The position numbers were made by a program, and so were the translations under genes. From Alphaproteobacteria bacterium (GTDB lineage Bacteria > Pseudomonadota > Alphaproteobacteria > JACZXZ01), in assembly GCA_052143835.1 (NCBI GenBank), contig JBKQRV010000093.1:69387-133386 (forward strand): 64,000 nt of DNA. The letters run 5' to 3'. Below, in pieces: positions 18,481 to 27,342 of the stretch. Position 1 is the first letter of the stretch, and each line of letters opens with the position of its first letter. The notes below the pieces were generated by a model. That model did no database searches, was not told the origin of the DNA, and was given only the letters and a program-made list of their open reading frames with translations.

Positions 18481-19470
18481 CTATGCGTGCAAGGTGAACG
18501 CCGTATCGTCCTCGCGAATAAGGTCGAGGTATTTGCGTCCCCAGGCAATCATGTCCTTGATTCCAACCTGAAGACTGATTTGGGGTTGCCAGCCAAGCTC
18601 CGCGAAGATGCGCGAGCTGTCGAGCCAATACTGCGGGTCCTCGCCTGGCCGCCCCTCTGTCGTCTCGGTCAATTCGTCCATTGCGATACCGAATTGCTCG
18701 GCGAGAATGGCGACGAGATCGTGCACGCTGATGGGTTCCTTCGGGCCCGCATTGTAAATTCTTCCCAACGGCGCTCGCTCGCAGATGAGGTAAATTGCAT
18801 GGGCAAGATCCCGCGCGTGAATAAACGAACGCCGCGTACGGCCGGCGCCCTCGAGCGGCAGCTTTTGCCCGGTTAGGGCGCAGAGCACCGCACGAGGTAG
18901 TACACGATGCAGTTGCTGGCCGGGGCCATAGGCATTCGACGGTCGGATGATGTTCATCGGGAACTTGAAAAACTTCCAAAGTGAAATCAAGTGCAAGTCC
19001 GCGGCCAGCTTCGAGACGGCGTATGGGCTGGCCGGCAAGAGCGGAAAGTCCTCCGTCGCCGGCGACTCGGTGTGGCCATAGAGCTCAGACGTTCCAATTT
19101 GCAGGAAGCGCTCCAAATAGTCCCGCTTCAAGAGCTCTTCGCAAGTCTGGGCGAGGCAGGTGACATTGGTCTCGTAATATCGCCATGACTTGTGCCAGGA
19201 ACTCGAATGCGCGAGCGCTGCGAAATTAACGATCACTTCCGGCTTCTCGCGATCGAGCAGCTCGAAGAGACGATCCTGCTCGAAGACCATATGGATCTGC
19301 TCGTATCGGTAGCGCGAATCGTCCTTGCCCACATCGAGCGTATAGGCCGCGGAGCGCGGGATGTTTCTTCCCACGCAGATAACCCTTCGAGGGTTGGCGT
19401 GCTCAAGAAGATACTTTGCAGTATGTACGGCAAAGACGCCACCGCCGCCAAGCAAGACAAAGGTCCTCAA
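18481..19470 (-). CDS. NAD(P)-dependent epimerase/dehydratase (extended SDR; nucleotide-sugar 4,6-dehydratase or epimerase-like).
   Basis: It has an N-terminal Rossmann motif (LLGGGGVFAV), a YxxxK motif (PYAVSK), and length and overall features of the RmlB/GalE/UXS family. The start appears to be TTG at 19470. Confidence 0.75.
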   Translation of the reverse strand: MRTFVLLGGGGVFAVHTAKYLLEHANPRRVICVGRNIPRSAAYTLDVGKDDSRYRYEQIHMVFEQDRLFELLDREKPEVIVNFAALAHSSSWHKSWRYYETNVTCLAQTCEELLKRDYLERFLQIGTSELYGHTESPATEDFPLLPASPYAVSKLAADLHLISLWKFFKFPMNIIRPSNAYGPGQQLHRVLPRAVLCALTGQKLPLEGAGRTRRSFIHARDLAHAIYLICERAPLGRIYNAGPKEPISVHDLVAILAEQFGIAMDELTETTEGRPGEDPQYWLDSSRIFAELGWQPQISLQVGIKDMIAWGRKYLDLIREDDTAFTLHA

Positions 19471-20487
19471 TGAGTTCTTCCTTTCAGAAATGTGTAGGGA
19501 ACGTTCGACCCGCTGTAGGGCGGCTAAGCTAAGAGAATCCCCCTTCCTTGTAAATAGGACCGGACCGCGGATAAAGGCGTCGGCTTCCCCCGCCCAGCGA
19601 TGGGGCGGCGAAAAGCCGTGCTCCTAGCTTCGCACGCGTCTCAAATCGTCGATCTGGCTGGTTGTGCCCGCCAGATCACATGCTCGCGAAGAGGCTGCTA
19701 CGCGGGGCGCCACCTCGCAAACCGCACAGCAGCTCAACTGCATATGGCGGCGCGCAGAAGACGGAGCTGATATGCCGAAATCTGCGCCCCCGCGACACGA
19801 CTCCGATCCGAGGCTTTTCGGCGCTTGCGGGCCTTTCGCGGGTCGCCTTTCTAGCGAAACGGGGCATGGTTGGTAAGTTGCTTGATTTACCGAGAAGATC
19901 GGGTATTCAGGTGCGCAATGCCTCAGAACTTCAAAAGCCGCCCCGACCGTTCGGGCAGGCGGGTGCGGGCAGGCAAGTGCCAATGCCCGTATATCTCGTT
20001 GACCGGTTCAGGCGATGGAACTATAGATTGAGGTCACTTCACAGAAAAGTAAGTCGCGGCGGGATATCGTGGTACAGAATGATCCGGCCCAAGGCGCGGA
20101 GCACGTAACTCCGCGACGCCTCGCCCGCAACCTCGACCCTCTGGCATCACTTGCGGCCGCCGGAGGGGCACTCTTACAATCTTCCGGCCATGCGGCGCAT
20201 CCTGGGACAGAAGGGCGTTGTAACGCCGCTCGCGGTCGGTCATCTGGGCCACAAATTCCATCGGTGCCGTCCGGAGCCGCAGTTCGCGCGCGGCGCGTCG
20301 GCGGCGTGAGGCGGGTCGCGCTGGCCCGGCAACCTATCCCACCCCAGGGGGGCTCGCTCGGCCGTCTGGGCCGCCGCGGCCGATCCGAGAGCCGTCGCCC
20401 CCGGTATCTGCGCGCACTTCCGCGCGACTTGGCCTTGTTCCTGCGAGTCTGCGCATGAGCGAGCCGTTAGCGTAGCTGAACCAGGCC

Positions 20488-23400
20488 GTGCGGCGAACCA
20501 CACTGACCCCCTATCTCGACAACCTTGTCCGCCTCGTCGCCTCGGACCGGCGCGCTTTTCCGCTCGCTCTCCTGCTGGTGCTGGCGTTCAACCTCTTCTG
20601 GTACGGTGCCTTCCTGTCGTTTCCGCTCTTCGGCGAGGATGCGGGAGCGCTATTCTCCAACCTCCTCGAGACGATCAAGGACGGCCAGCTCGCGACCACC
20701 CATTTCCCCATCAAATGGCTCGAGGGCCTGGGGCAGCCCAATCTCTTCGTCACCTTCACCTTCGATCCGTTCTCGTGGGCGATGCTGCTGCCGCTCGAGC
20801 AGGCGGATTCGTTCCGCCTCTCGATGGCGCTGCGCGCGAGCGCGGGTTGGCTCAGCAGCTACTGGTTCGTGCTCGTGCTTTTTCGCGGCCGGCGCGGCGT
20901 GGCGCTGACCGCGGCGACGCTCTATCTCCTTGTCGATTTCACGCTCATGAACGCGTGGGGAATTCATACTTTCGCCGGCATGTACAACGCGACCCATGCC
21001 GCGCTGTTTCCGCTCCTGCTGGCGCTCGCCCTTCTCGTCATGCGCAGCCGGCGCTGGCTCGGGCCTGCCGATCTCGCCCTTCTCGTCGCGCTGTTTTTCT
21101 TTCTGCTCGATTACCCGATCGGCTCCCTGATCGGCACCTGCGTGCTCCTCGCCTACACGGTCGTGGCTCTCGGACTGACGCGCCCAGCCGAGCGCGCGGC
21201 CGCCGTGCGGGGCCTTGCGAAAATCGTGGCGATGGTGGCGATTCTGCTGCTGGCGCCGCCGCTTCATGTTCTCGCGTCATGGTCGGCGCTGCTGCAGGAT
21301 TCAGCCCGAACAGTCTTTCCCGGCGAGCTGTTCGCTTACGGATATGACTATGTGCCACCGGTGATGTGGGCGCGGACGTCACCCGCTTTGCGCGCCTGCA
21401 TTCTCCTTTGCCTGTCGGTGCTGCTGTTCAATCGGCGCTGGCCGCGCCCCTTGCGCATGGCGGTCGGAACCCTGCTCATAGTAGTCGGTGGCGTGCAGCT
21501 CGCCGCACTCGCCAAGTATCTGGAGTGGGCCCCGACGCTCATCGACCGCCTGCCGCGCTTCCAGTTTTTCGAGTTCTACGCCACGCCCGCTTATGCGGCG
21601 TGCGGTGGCTTCGCGCTCTATTACTGGCGGGACCTGCTGTTTCCGCGCCTGGCGGGGAGGCGGCGCGTCGTGTCGTGGCTGCGGGGTGCCATCCTTTTCT
21701 TCCCTCTCGCCGTCGTCGTCTTGCCGCTTGGGGCGGTTGCGGTCGGCACCTATGCGCTCCTCGCCATCGTCGCGCGCGCGCGCGGCGAGGCTCAGCGCGC
21801 CGACTGGACGGCGTCGCCCGCATCGCAGCGTCTGGTTGCGCGGGCGGCCCTGATCGCGCTCGTGTTGGCCGCGGTCGGGGCCTGGCTGCCTCCGACCGCG
21901 TATATTTATCCCATTTTCTATCTCTACGGCCGTTGCCAGACCGGCCTCTTTTGGTGCCGCGACCCGGCCGGCGTGACGATGGGCATGGGCGACAATCCCA
22001 TCACCCGATATCTGCGCCGGGCGCTCGGCGGGGAAGGGCCGTTCGCGGGGCGCGCGGAGACCCTCGTCAGGCCCCCCGTTCGGTTCGAGCGCGCGCCTGC
22101 GGGGGAAATCAAATGGACGCCCGAGCTCTATGACCGCCTCCACCGGTGGTACGCGCGCGCGTACGACGCATTGGCCGACAAAGGCTCACCCACCGGCGAT
22201 CCCTTTTGGCTGGCGCCGCAGGATTTCACCTGGGAGGCGCGCTGGCCGCTCCTGGTGGCGCTGGACAAATTCGGCCACGGCGACGTGGAGTTCGACGGTC
22301 CCTCCCAGGAGGATCTGATCTTGGAGATGCACAAGTGGTACGACGAGGAGGGCCGCAAGTTCGGCCTGCTTGCGCGCGACTTCATGGACCCATGGGAGGG
22401 CATGCTCTCGGTTACTGCCGCCGTCGATGAGCGGAACGCGGCGTTCTTCGGTACCGGCAATGGCCTCATGATGCGGGCATTGCCGTTCCAGAATGTTCCG
22501 GTCGCCTCCTCGTACGAGCAGAGCCTCGGCTATCTCTATTATCTGCTGTGGACGCGCTACGTCAGCGCCGGCCAGCGCGGGTTCAAGTCCATCAATATGA
22601 CCAGCCTGGAGGCGCTCCACCCGGAACGGCTGGCGCTCTTGGGCGTGCGTTACCTGCTCGCGCGCGACAGCAAGGTCTACGAGCGGCCGCCGCTTCCGCA
22701 CGTCATGAGCTGGAACGGCTATTCGATCTATGAGGTGCCCGGTGCGAACGTCGCCGGTTACGGCGTGAGCGGGGTCGAGTTCGGGAGCACCTTGACGGAC
22801 GAGCTGAGGCTCATGCGGCGACATGGCTTCCACCCGAGAGACACGGCCGTACTGCCCGCGAGCGAGCGCACTTCATTCGAGGGTAGGCCGGCCCGAGCTT
22901 GGGGCACCTTGCAGAGCTCAGCGATCACCCTCACGCCCGGCGAGTTGACGTTTACGGCCGTCGCTTCCGGCGGAGAGAGTTTCGTCGTGCTGCCGTTCAA
23001 CTGGTCGCATTGCTGGCAGGCCGAGTGGCGTAAGGGATCCGGACGCTGGAGCCGCGCGGATGTCGATTTGATCGGCGTCGCCTTTACGGGCGAGATCGAG
23101 CTGCATCTACGGTGGACGGCAGGCTACGGTTCCGCGAGCGCCTGCTTGCGCGACGACCGGAAACAGATCGCCGAGGCAAAGCGCGCGGCGGCCGAGATCG
23201 GCTTCTCACAGCCCTACGAGCCTTTCGACGGCCGCTCGCCGCCCTTCGCCGCGGTCCGGCCGCGCTTCGCCGCGGATGCGGTCGAGGCGACGGTGCTGGA
23301 GCTGAAGTCGATGTACCAGAGCGGCGACGAGGTAGTGGTGCCCATTTCCGTCAAGCAGTTGCTGTCGCCCGCCGAGCTCGATGGCAGCGCCTGGTCGACG

Positions 23401-24156
23401 GGGGTCAACTCGGATTTTCGGCCGAGCACGGACGGGTACGAGCTCGTGGCGCGCAATGAGGGTGGCGTGAGCTTATTGGTCTTGCCGGTGCCCTACTCGA
23501 CCTGCTGGCAGGCGGAGTGGCAGGGAAGCCCCGGCGCCCTCGTCCCCGTCGACGAGAGCTGGCTCGGCGTGCTGTTCCGCGGCGCGGCTGCACTCCGGCT
23601 TCGTCTCCCGGCCGAGGCTGCGCAGGCAAGCTGTGCCCAAGCGGACCGCGCGCGGGAGCGGATCGTCGATCTCCTCAAAGGCGACGCCGGCAAAATCGTC
23701 GGTGGACGCTATACAATCGGCGACACCATCAAGTTCGGAGCCGGCAGCGGCTCTGAATGGTACACGACGCGGGGATGGTGGGGCGCTGAGTCGTGGGGAA
23801 GATGGTCGGTCGGCGACGACGCGCGGCTGGTCCTGCGGCTGGGGGCACCGCCGCCGGGCGACCTGGAGCTCGATGCGGATTTGACGGCTTTGATTCTGCC
23901 CAATCGACCGGAAGTGCGGGCGACGGTGCGCGTCAACGGGATGAAGCTCGCCGTGTGGGACTTCCGTGCCGATAACACGCCCGGCCGACGCCAGGCCATC
24001 GTGCCGCGCGACTTGGTGGCGGATGCGAGGGTGATGATCGTCGATTTCCGGATCGACCATGTGGCCTCGCCGCTCGAGCTCGGCGCTTCGAGCGACAAGC
24101 GGCCCCTGGCACTCGGCTTCCGCAGCCTGACCGTGCGCGTCGCGGGGGCCCATTAG
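20488..24156 (+). CDS. Giant membrane protein (type A paralog, about 1220 aa).
   Basis: The start is GTG at 20488. It is collinear with 13804..17472: AFNL(Y/F)WYGAFLSFP(V/L)FGED, NRRWPRPLR, VPVASSYEQ(A/S)L(D/G)YLYYL(F/L)WTRYVSAG. The C-terminal module is GWWGAESWGRWSVG...SPLELGASSDKRPLALGF. Confidence 0.8.
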   Translation: MRRTTLTPYLDNLVRLVASDRRAFPLALLLVLAFNLFWYGAFLSFPLFGEDAGALFSNLLETIKDGQLATTHFPIKWLEGLGQPNLFVTFTFDPFSWAMLLPLEQADSFRLSMALRASAGWLSSYWFVLVLFRGRRGVALTAATLYLLVDFTLMNAWGIHTFAGMYNATHAALFPLLLALALLVMRSRRWLGPADLALLVALFFFLLDYPIGSLIGTCVLLAYTVVALGLTRPAERAAAVRGLAKIVAMVAILLLAPPLHVLASWSALLQDSARTVFPGELFAYGYDYVPPVMWARTSPALRACILLCLSVLLFNRRWPRPLRMAVGTLLIVVGGVQLAALAKYLEWAPTLIDRLPRFQFFEFYATPAYAACGGFALYYWRDLLFPRLAGRRRVVSWLRGAILFFPLAVVVLPLGAVAVGTYALLAIVARARGEAQRADWTASPASQRLVARAALIALVLAAVGAWLPPTAYIYPIFYLYGRCQTGLFWCRDPAGVTMGMGDNPITRYLRRALGGEGPFAGRAETLVRPPVRFERAPAGEIKWTPELYDRLHRWYARAYDALADKGSPTGDPFWLAPQDFTWEARWPLLVALDKFGHGDVEFDGPSQEDLILEMHKWYDEEGRKFGLLARDFMDPWEGMLSVTAAVDERNAAFFGTGNGLMMRALPFQNVPVASSYEQSLGYLYYLLWTRYVSAGQRGFKSINMTSLEALHPERLALLGVRYLLARDSKVYERPPLPHVMSWNGYSIYEVPGANVAGYGVSGVEFGSTLTDELRLMRRHGFHPRDTAVLPASERTSFEGRPARAWGTLQSSAITLTPGELTFTAVASGGESFVVLPFNWSHCWQAEWRKGSGRWSRADVDLIGVAFTGEIELHLRWTAGYGSASACLRDDRKQIAEAKRAAAEIGFSQPYEPFDGRSPPFAAVRPRFAADAVEATVLELKSMYQSGDEVVVPISVKQLLSPAELDGSAWSTGVNSDFRPSTDGYELVARNEGGVSLLVLPVPYSTCWQAEWQGSPGALVPVDESWLGVLFRGAAALRLRLPAEAAQASCAQADRARERIVDLLKGDAGKIVGGRYTIGDTIKFGAGSGSEWYTTRGWWGAESWGRWSVGDDARLVLRLGAPPPGDLELDADLTALILPNRPEVRATVRVNGMKLAVWDFRADNTPGRRQAIVPRDLVADARVMIVDFRIDHVASPLELGASSDKRPLALGFRSLTVRVAGAH

Positions 24157-24400
24157 GAAGGCGCGATGGACGCCTGCCCTCGGTCCGCGACCACGCCGCC
24201 CGACCGCGCAAGGCACATCTGCGCTCCGAACCCGCTCGCATCGCCTGGCCGCAGCGCCTGCCGATAGGCCGATTTCTTGCGTTCGCCGAGCGGAGCGCCC
24301 GACGTAACGGGCCGTATCGATTGCCAAGAGCGGGGGAGTGGACGTCGTCGGTTCTCCCGATCCTGCGGCGATTGATCGCGCTTAGGCCGGAACGCTCGCA

Positions 24401-26143
24401 TTATTGCGAAGCTTCCGTGACGACGCAGGAGTGCACGGCAATCCCGCCGAAAATGATTTGCCAGGTTCGACAGCGGTCGGTGCCGAGCAGCGCGAGATAG
24501 CCCTCCCGCTCGAGATATTCATGTTCGGCTTGTGCGGTTGCCAAATCGCCGGCCCAACTGTGCGGATCAACCGGCGCCATCCACATGAACACATAGCGCT
24601 TGGGCATGGGCATCTTGCGCCCCATTCCGATGTCGATCCCGTCGCGTCGGGTCGCGCGGTAGTCAACAAACCAATATTGCGGGAAAAATCGCTCTCGCGT
24701 CGGATTCTCGTTGGCATCAAAGGGGGGAGGCGCAGGGAGGGGGGTGAGCCCCCGGGCCATCATGTCCTCAATCGTTCCGACGCCGAAAAAATTATTGGGG
24801 ATCAAGGTGACGATGGGCAGGCCGTGCGAGCGGTTCCAGTCATAGACACGCTGGTTCCATAATCCGCCTGCCCGCTTGTCGGCCTCGGCCATTATCGAGA
24901 TCATGCCGGCGTTGTCACGGACCAGGGGAAAGCTCTTTATTGTCCACAATGCCGCAAGGGCCAAGACGCCGATTCCAAAGACCGCGAGCATGCCATTCGC
25001 ATCACGACTGGGCCGCAGACGCGAGACGAGGATAAGGGCGACGGTGGGGACCGCAAGATAGAAGTCGATCGCGGAAGTCGCGGCGCCGCGCCTCAATACG
25101 AAATAGAGGTTGGCTGCGATTGCGGTCAAGCCCGCCCAAACGATGGGGTTGCGGGCGCCATGGGGATGCCGAAGGAGGGCGCCCGCAATGGCGACGAGGC
25201 AAAAGCCCGACATCATCCATATGGGAACATAGGAGCCACTGCCGAACCACGGATGCGCCAGATTAAGCAGCTCGGCCGCAAATGATGAAGATCCTGTTAA
25301 GCCCGACATCCAGCCGTAAAGGAGCACCACGAACCGAACGGCGTACCTGACATTGCCATGATAATAGACGAGGAGACATAGCGCGTAGGTGGCGCCACAC
25401 GCCGCTGCGAGCATCGCGACGTCCCGCGCACGATGCCGGCTCGTGGCGAAAATCGAGGCGCCAAGCATCAGTGCAGGCGTCACGATATAAATGATCTTCA
25501 ATCCAGCCAACAGGCCCATGATGGCTCCCGAGAGTGCCACCAGCTTCACCATGCGTCGCTCTGTCAGGGCCGGTCCAGCAAGAGCCAAGCTGACAAATGC
25601 CATGAGAATGAGTAACGGTTCCTGAAGGACGTAATAATCGGGGAGCAGTGTGAACCAAAGGCCATAGTACGACCCATATTCATAGACCAGCGGGAGAGCG
25701 AAAAGCGCAAGTTTGGAGGGAAAGTCGATCGCCCGGCTACGCGCGATCGCAATTAGGACGAGTGCGAGCAGCACGGTCGCACTCAGGCTGGTCGCAAGCG
25801 CGAACAAGTTTGTCTTCTCCACCAGGGCGTTCTGCGGCGCCGGGTCGACGAGCCTAAGCGCCAAATAGATCGCCTGTTGGATGATGCCAGTCAGCGTCCC
25901 TTGGATTGGATGCGTGAAGTCGGCCGGATTCTCGATTGCGCGCAATATATTGAAGTAGCGGTAGCCGATGTTTTCGTTGAAGGCCGGGGCAACGCTCGTG
26001 CCAGCGACGATGAGGTGCAGTAGCGGAGCTGCGTAGACAATAACCACCGCCAACGCAAGCAAGAGCACGCCTGGAGTGGCGGCAACGAACCGGTGCGCGA
26101 TCCCTGGCCTTTTCGATGCAACGCCGCTAATCCTATCCAACAT
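24401..26143 (-). CDS. Polytopic membrane protein (about 580 aa, more than 10 TM helices plus a C-terminal soluble domain). It is GT-C-like and unrelated to the YfhO-like array.
   Basis: The ORF is 24401..26179, and ATG at 26143 (MLDRISG) is preferred. A hydrophobic profile runs through about aa 430, followed by a soluble C-terminal region. Confidence 0.5.
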   Translation of the reverse strand: MLDRISGVASKRPGIAHRFVAATPGVLLLALAVVIVYAAPLLHLIVAGTSVAPAFNENIGYRYFNILRAIENPADFTHPIQGTLTGIIQQAIYLALRLVDPAPQNALVEKTNLFALATSLSATVLLALVLIAIARSRAIDFPSKLALFALPLVYEYGSYYGLWFTLLPDYYVLQEPLLILMAFVSLALAGPALTERRMVKLVALSGAIMGLLAGLKIIYIVTPALMLGASIFATSRHRARDVAMLAAACGATYALCLLVYYHGNVRYAVRFVVLLYGWMSGLTGSSSFAAELLNLAHPWFGSGSYVPIWMMSGFCLVAIAGALLRHPHGARNPIVWAGLTAIAANLYFVLRRGAATSAIDFYLAVPTVALILVSRLRPSRDANGMLAVFGIGVLALAALWTIKSFPLVRDNAGMISIMAEADKRAGGLWNQRVYDWNRSHGLPIVTLIPNNFFGVGTIEDMMARGLTPLPAPPPFDANENPTRERFFPQYWFVDYRATRRDGIDIGMGRKMPMPKRYVFMWMAPVDPHSWAGDLATAQAEHEYLEREGYLALLGTDRCRTWQIIFGGIAVHSCVVTEASQ

Positions 26144-26373
26144 CTCCCCAACGGCTCTCCTTGGTAACGCTCTCGGCAATGGAATGTCCGATGCGGTTCA
26201 GTATAGGTGGTCGTTCTCCGCTTGGAAAAAGCTTGTTCCTTGACACGGTAGCAAAAGCTCGTCCTTGCGAGGTGGGAATTCCACTTGGCTCAATTCTTCC
26301 TCTCATCTGGTGCCCGAGCATGAGGCAGAACGGGCGCTCGACAAGAAGCATCCCGCGTGCGCAGCCGCCCGCG

Positions 26374-27141
26374 CTACTGCGGCCGGTCGCAATAGAAGAC
26401 CAAGCGCTCGTTGTAATTGATCTCCGTGAGACGTTCCGCGAGCTCCCGCCGCCACGCCTCGTCGCCGGCGCGGTAGGCTTGCCATTCGCGCAAGGTGAAG
26501 GGGACGAGCTTCTCGGGATGCAGCATCGGCAGGATGGTCAAGCCCGAAAGCCCCGCGGCCCGCGCGATTCCCTCGATCTCCTCGAGCACGACGTCGCGCT
26601 CGATCCAACTCGGGTCATGGGCCTTCTGCTGCTTGAGGAAGGCGATCGTCTCGGGCGAGCTGCTGTGCCGCGCGCCGGGCTCGACGAAGATCGCTCGGCC
26701 GCCGGGCTCGAGCACGCGCGCGAACTCGGCGAAGACGCGCGCATAATCATGCATGTGGTGCAGCGTGTCGTAGCAAAGCACGTGGCTGAAGAAGCCGTCG
26801 GCGAAGGGCATCGCGTGCCCGTCGCCATGCTGAAAGGAAATCAGCTCGGGCCGTATACGAAGGTCCGCGTCGACGCGATGCTGCAGGCATGCTTCGAGAT
26901 CGCCATGGATGTCAAAGGCGACGACGCGCCGTCCCATGCGGGCGAGCAGCTCGGTGATCCATCCCGAGCCCGCGCCGAAGTCGAGCACGGGCGCCTCGGA
27001 AAAGGGGGGATTCATGCAGGCCGCCATCATCGAAAAATCGAAGAGCAGACGGGCTGCCGAGCGGGGAACGCCGAACGGCTCGGTAATGGTGGGATTGCCC
27101 AGATAGTCGAATCCGGTCGGTCTTTCGGAACGCTTGAGCAT
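26374..27141 (-). CDS. Class I SAM-dependent methyltransferase.
   Basis: Motif I is VLDFGAGSGWITELLARMG, followed by an acidic-loop D and the FVEPG motif. It sits in a polysaccharide locus, so it may be a glycan-modifying or chain-terminating methyltransferase. Confidence 0.75.
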   Translation of the reverse strand: MLKRSERPTGFDYLGNPTITEPFGVPRSAARLLFDFSMMAACMNPPFSEAPVLDFGAGSGWITELLARMGRRVVAFDIHGDLEACLQHRVDADLRIRPELISFQHGDGHAMPFADGFFSHVLCYDTLHHMHDYARVFAEFARVLEPGGRAIFVEPGARHSSSPETIAFLKQQKAHDPSWIERDVVLEEIEGIARAAGLSGLTILPMLHPEKLVPFTLREWQAYRAGDEAWRRELAERLTEINYNERLVFYCDRPQ

Positions 27142-27342
27142 GAACGTCGTCGCCTGAGGTGAATTTGACGGGAGGCGAGTGTTCTAACATCCCGGCGTGC
27201 TTCGGCAAAGCCGTTTGGGGGGACCCGAAGAGGGGTGCTCAAGACGCGCGGGCAATTGCCGCTGGACAACGCGCTGTTCCGGCTTTACCAAATCGCCCGT
27301 AGAGCCGCCAACGCCCTAGCGAACGAGTACTATGACACCGGG

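Noticed and set aside
1-24156. Initial idea that the giant membrane proteins are RND or MMPL transporters or ArnT/PMT (GT39/GT83) enzymes.
   Set aside because: There is no RND-type 12-TM plus two-large-loop architecture. The C-terminal Y-x-x-x-W-R-A-x-V-G-G...P-x-G...Y motif followed by a terminal helix fits YfhO-like proteins better. The assignment remains a hypothesis.
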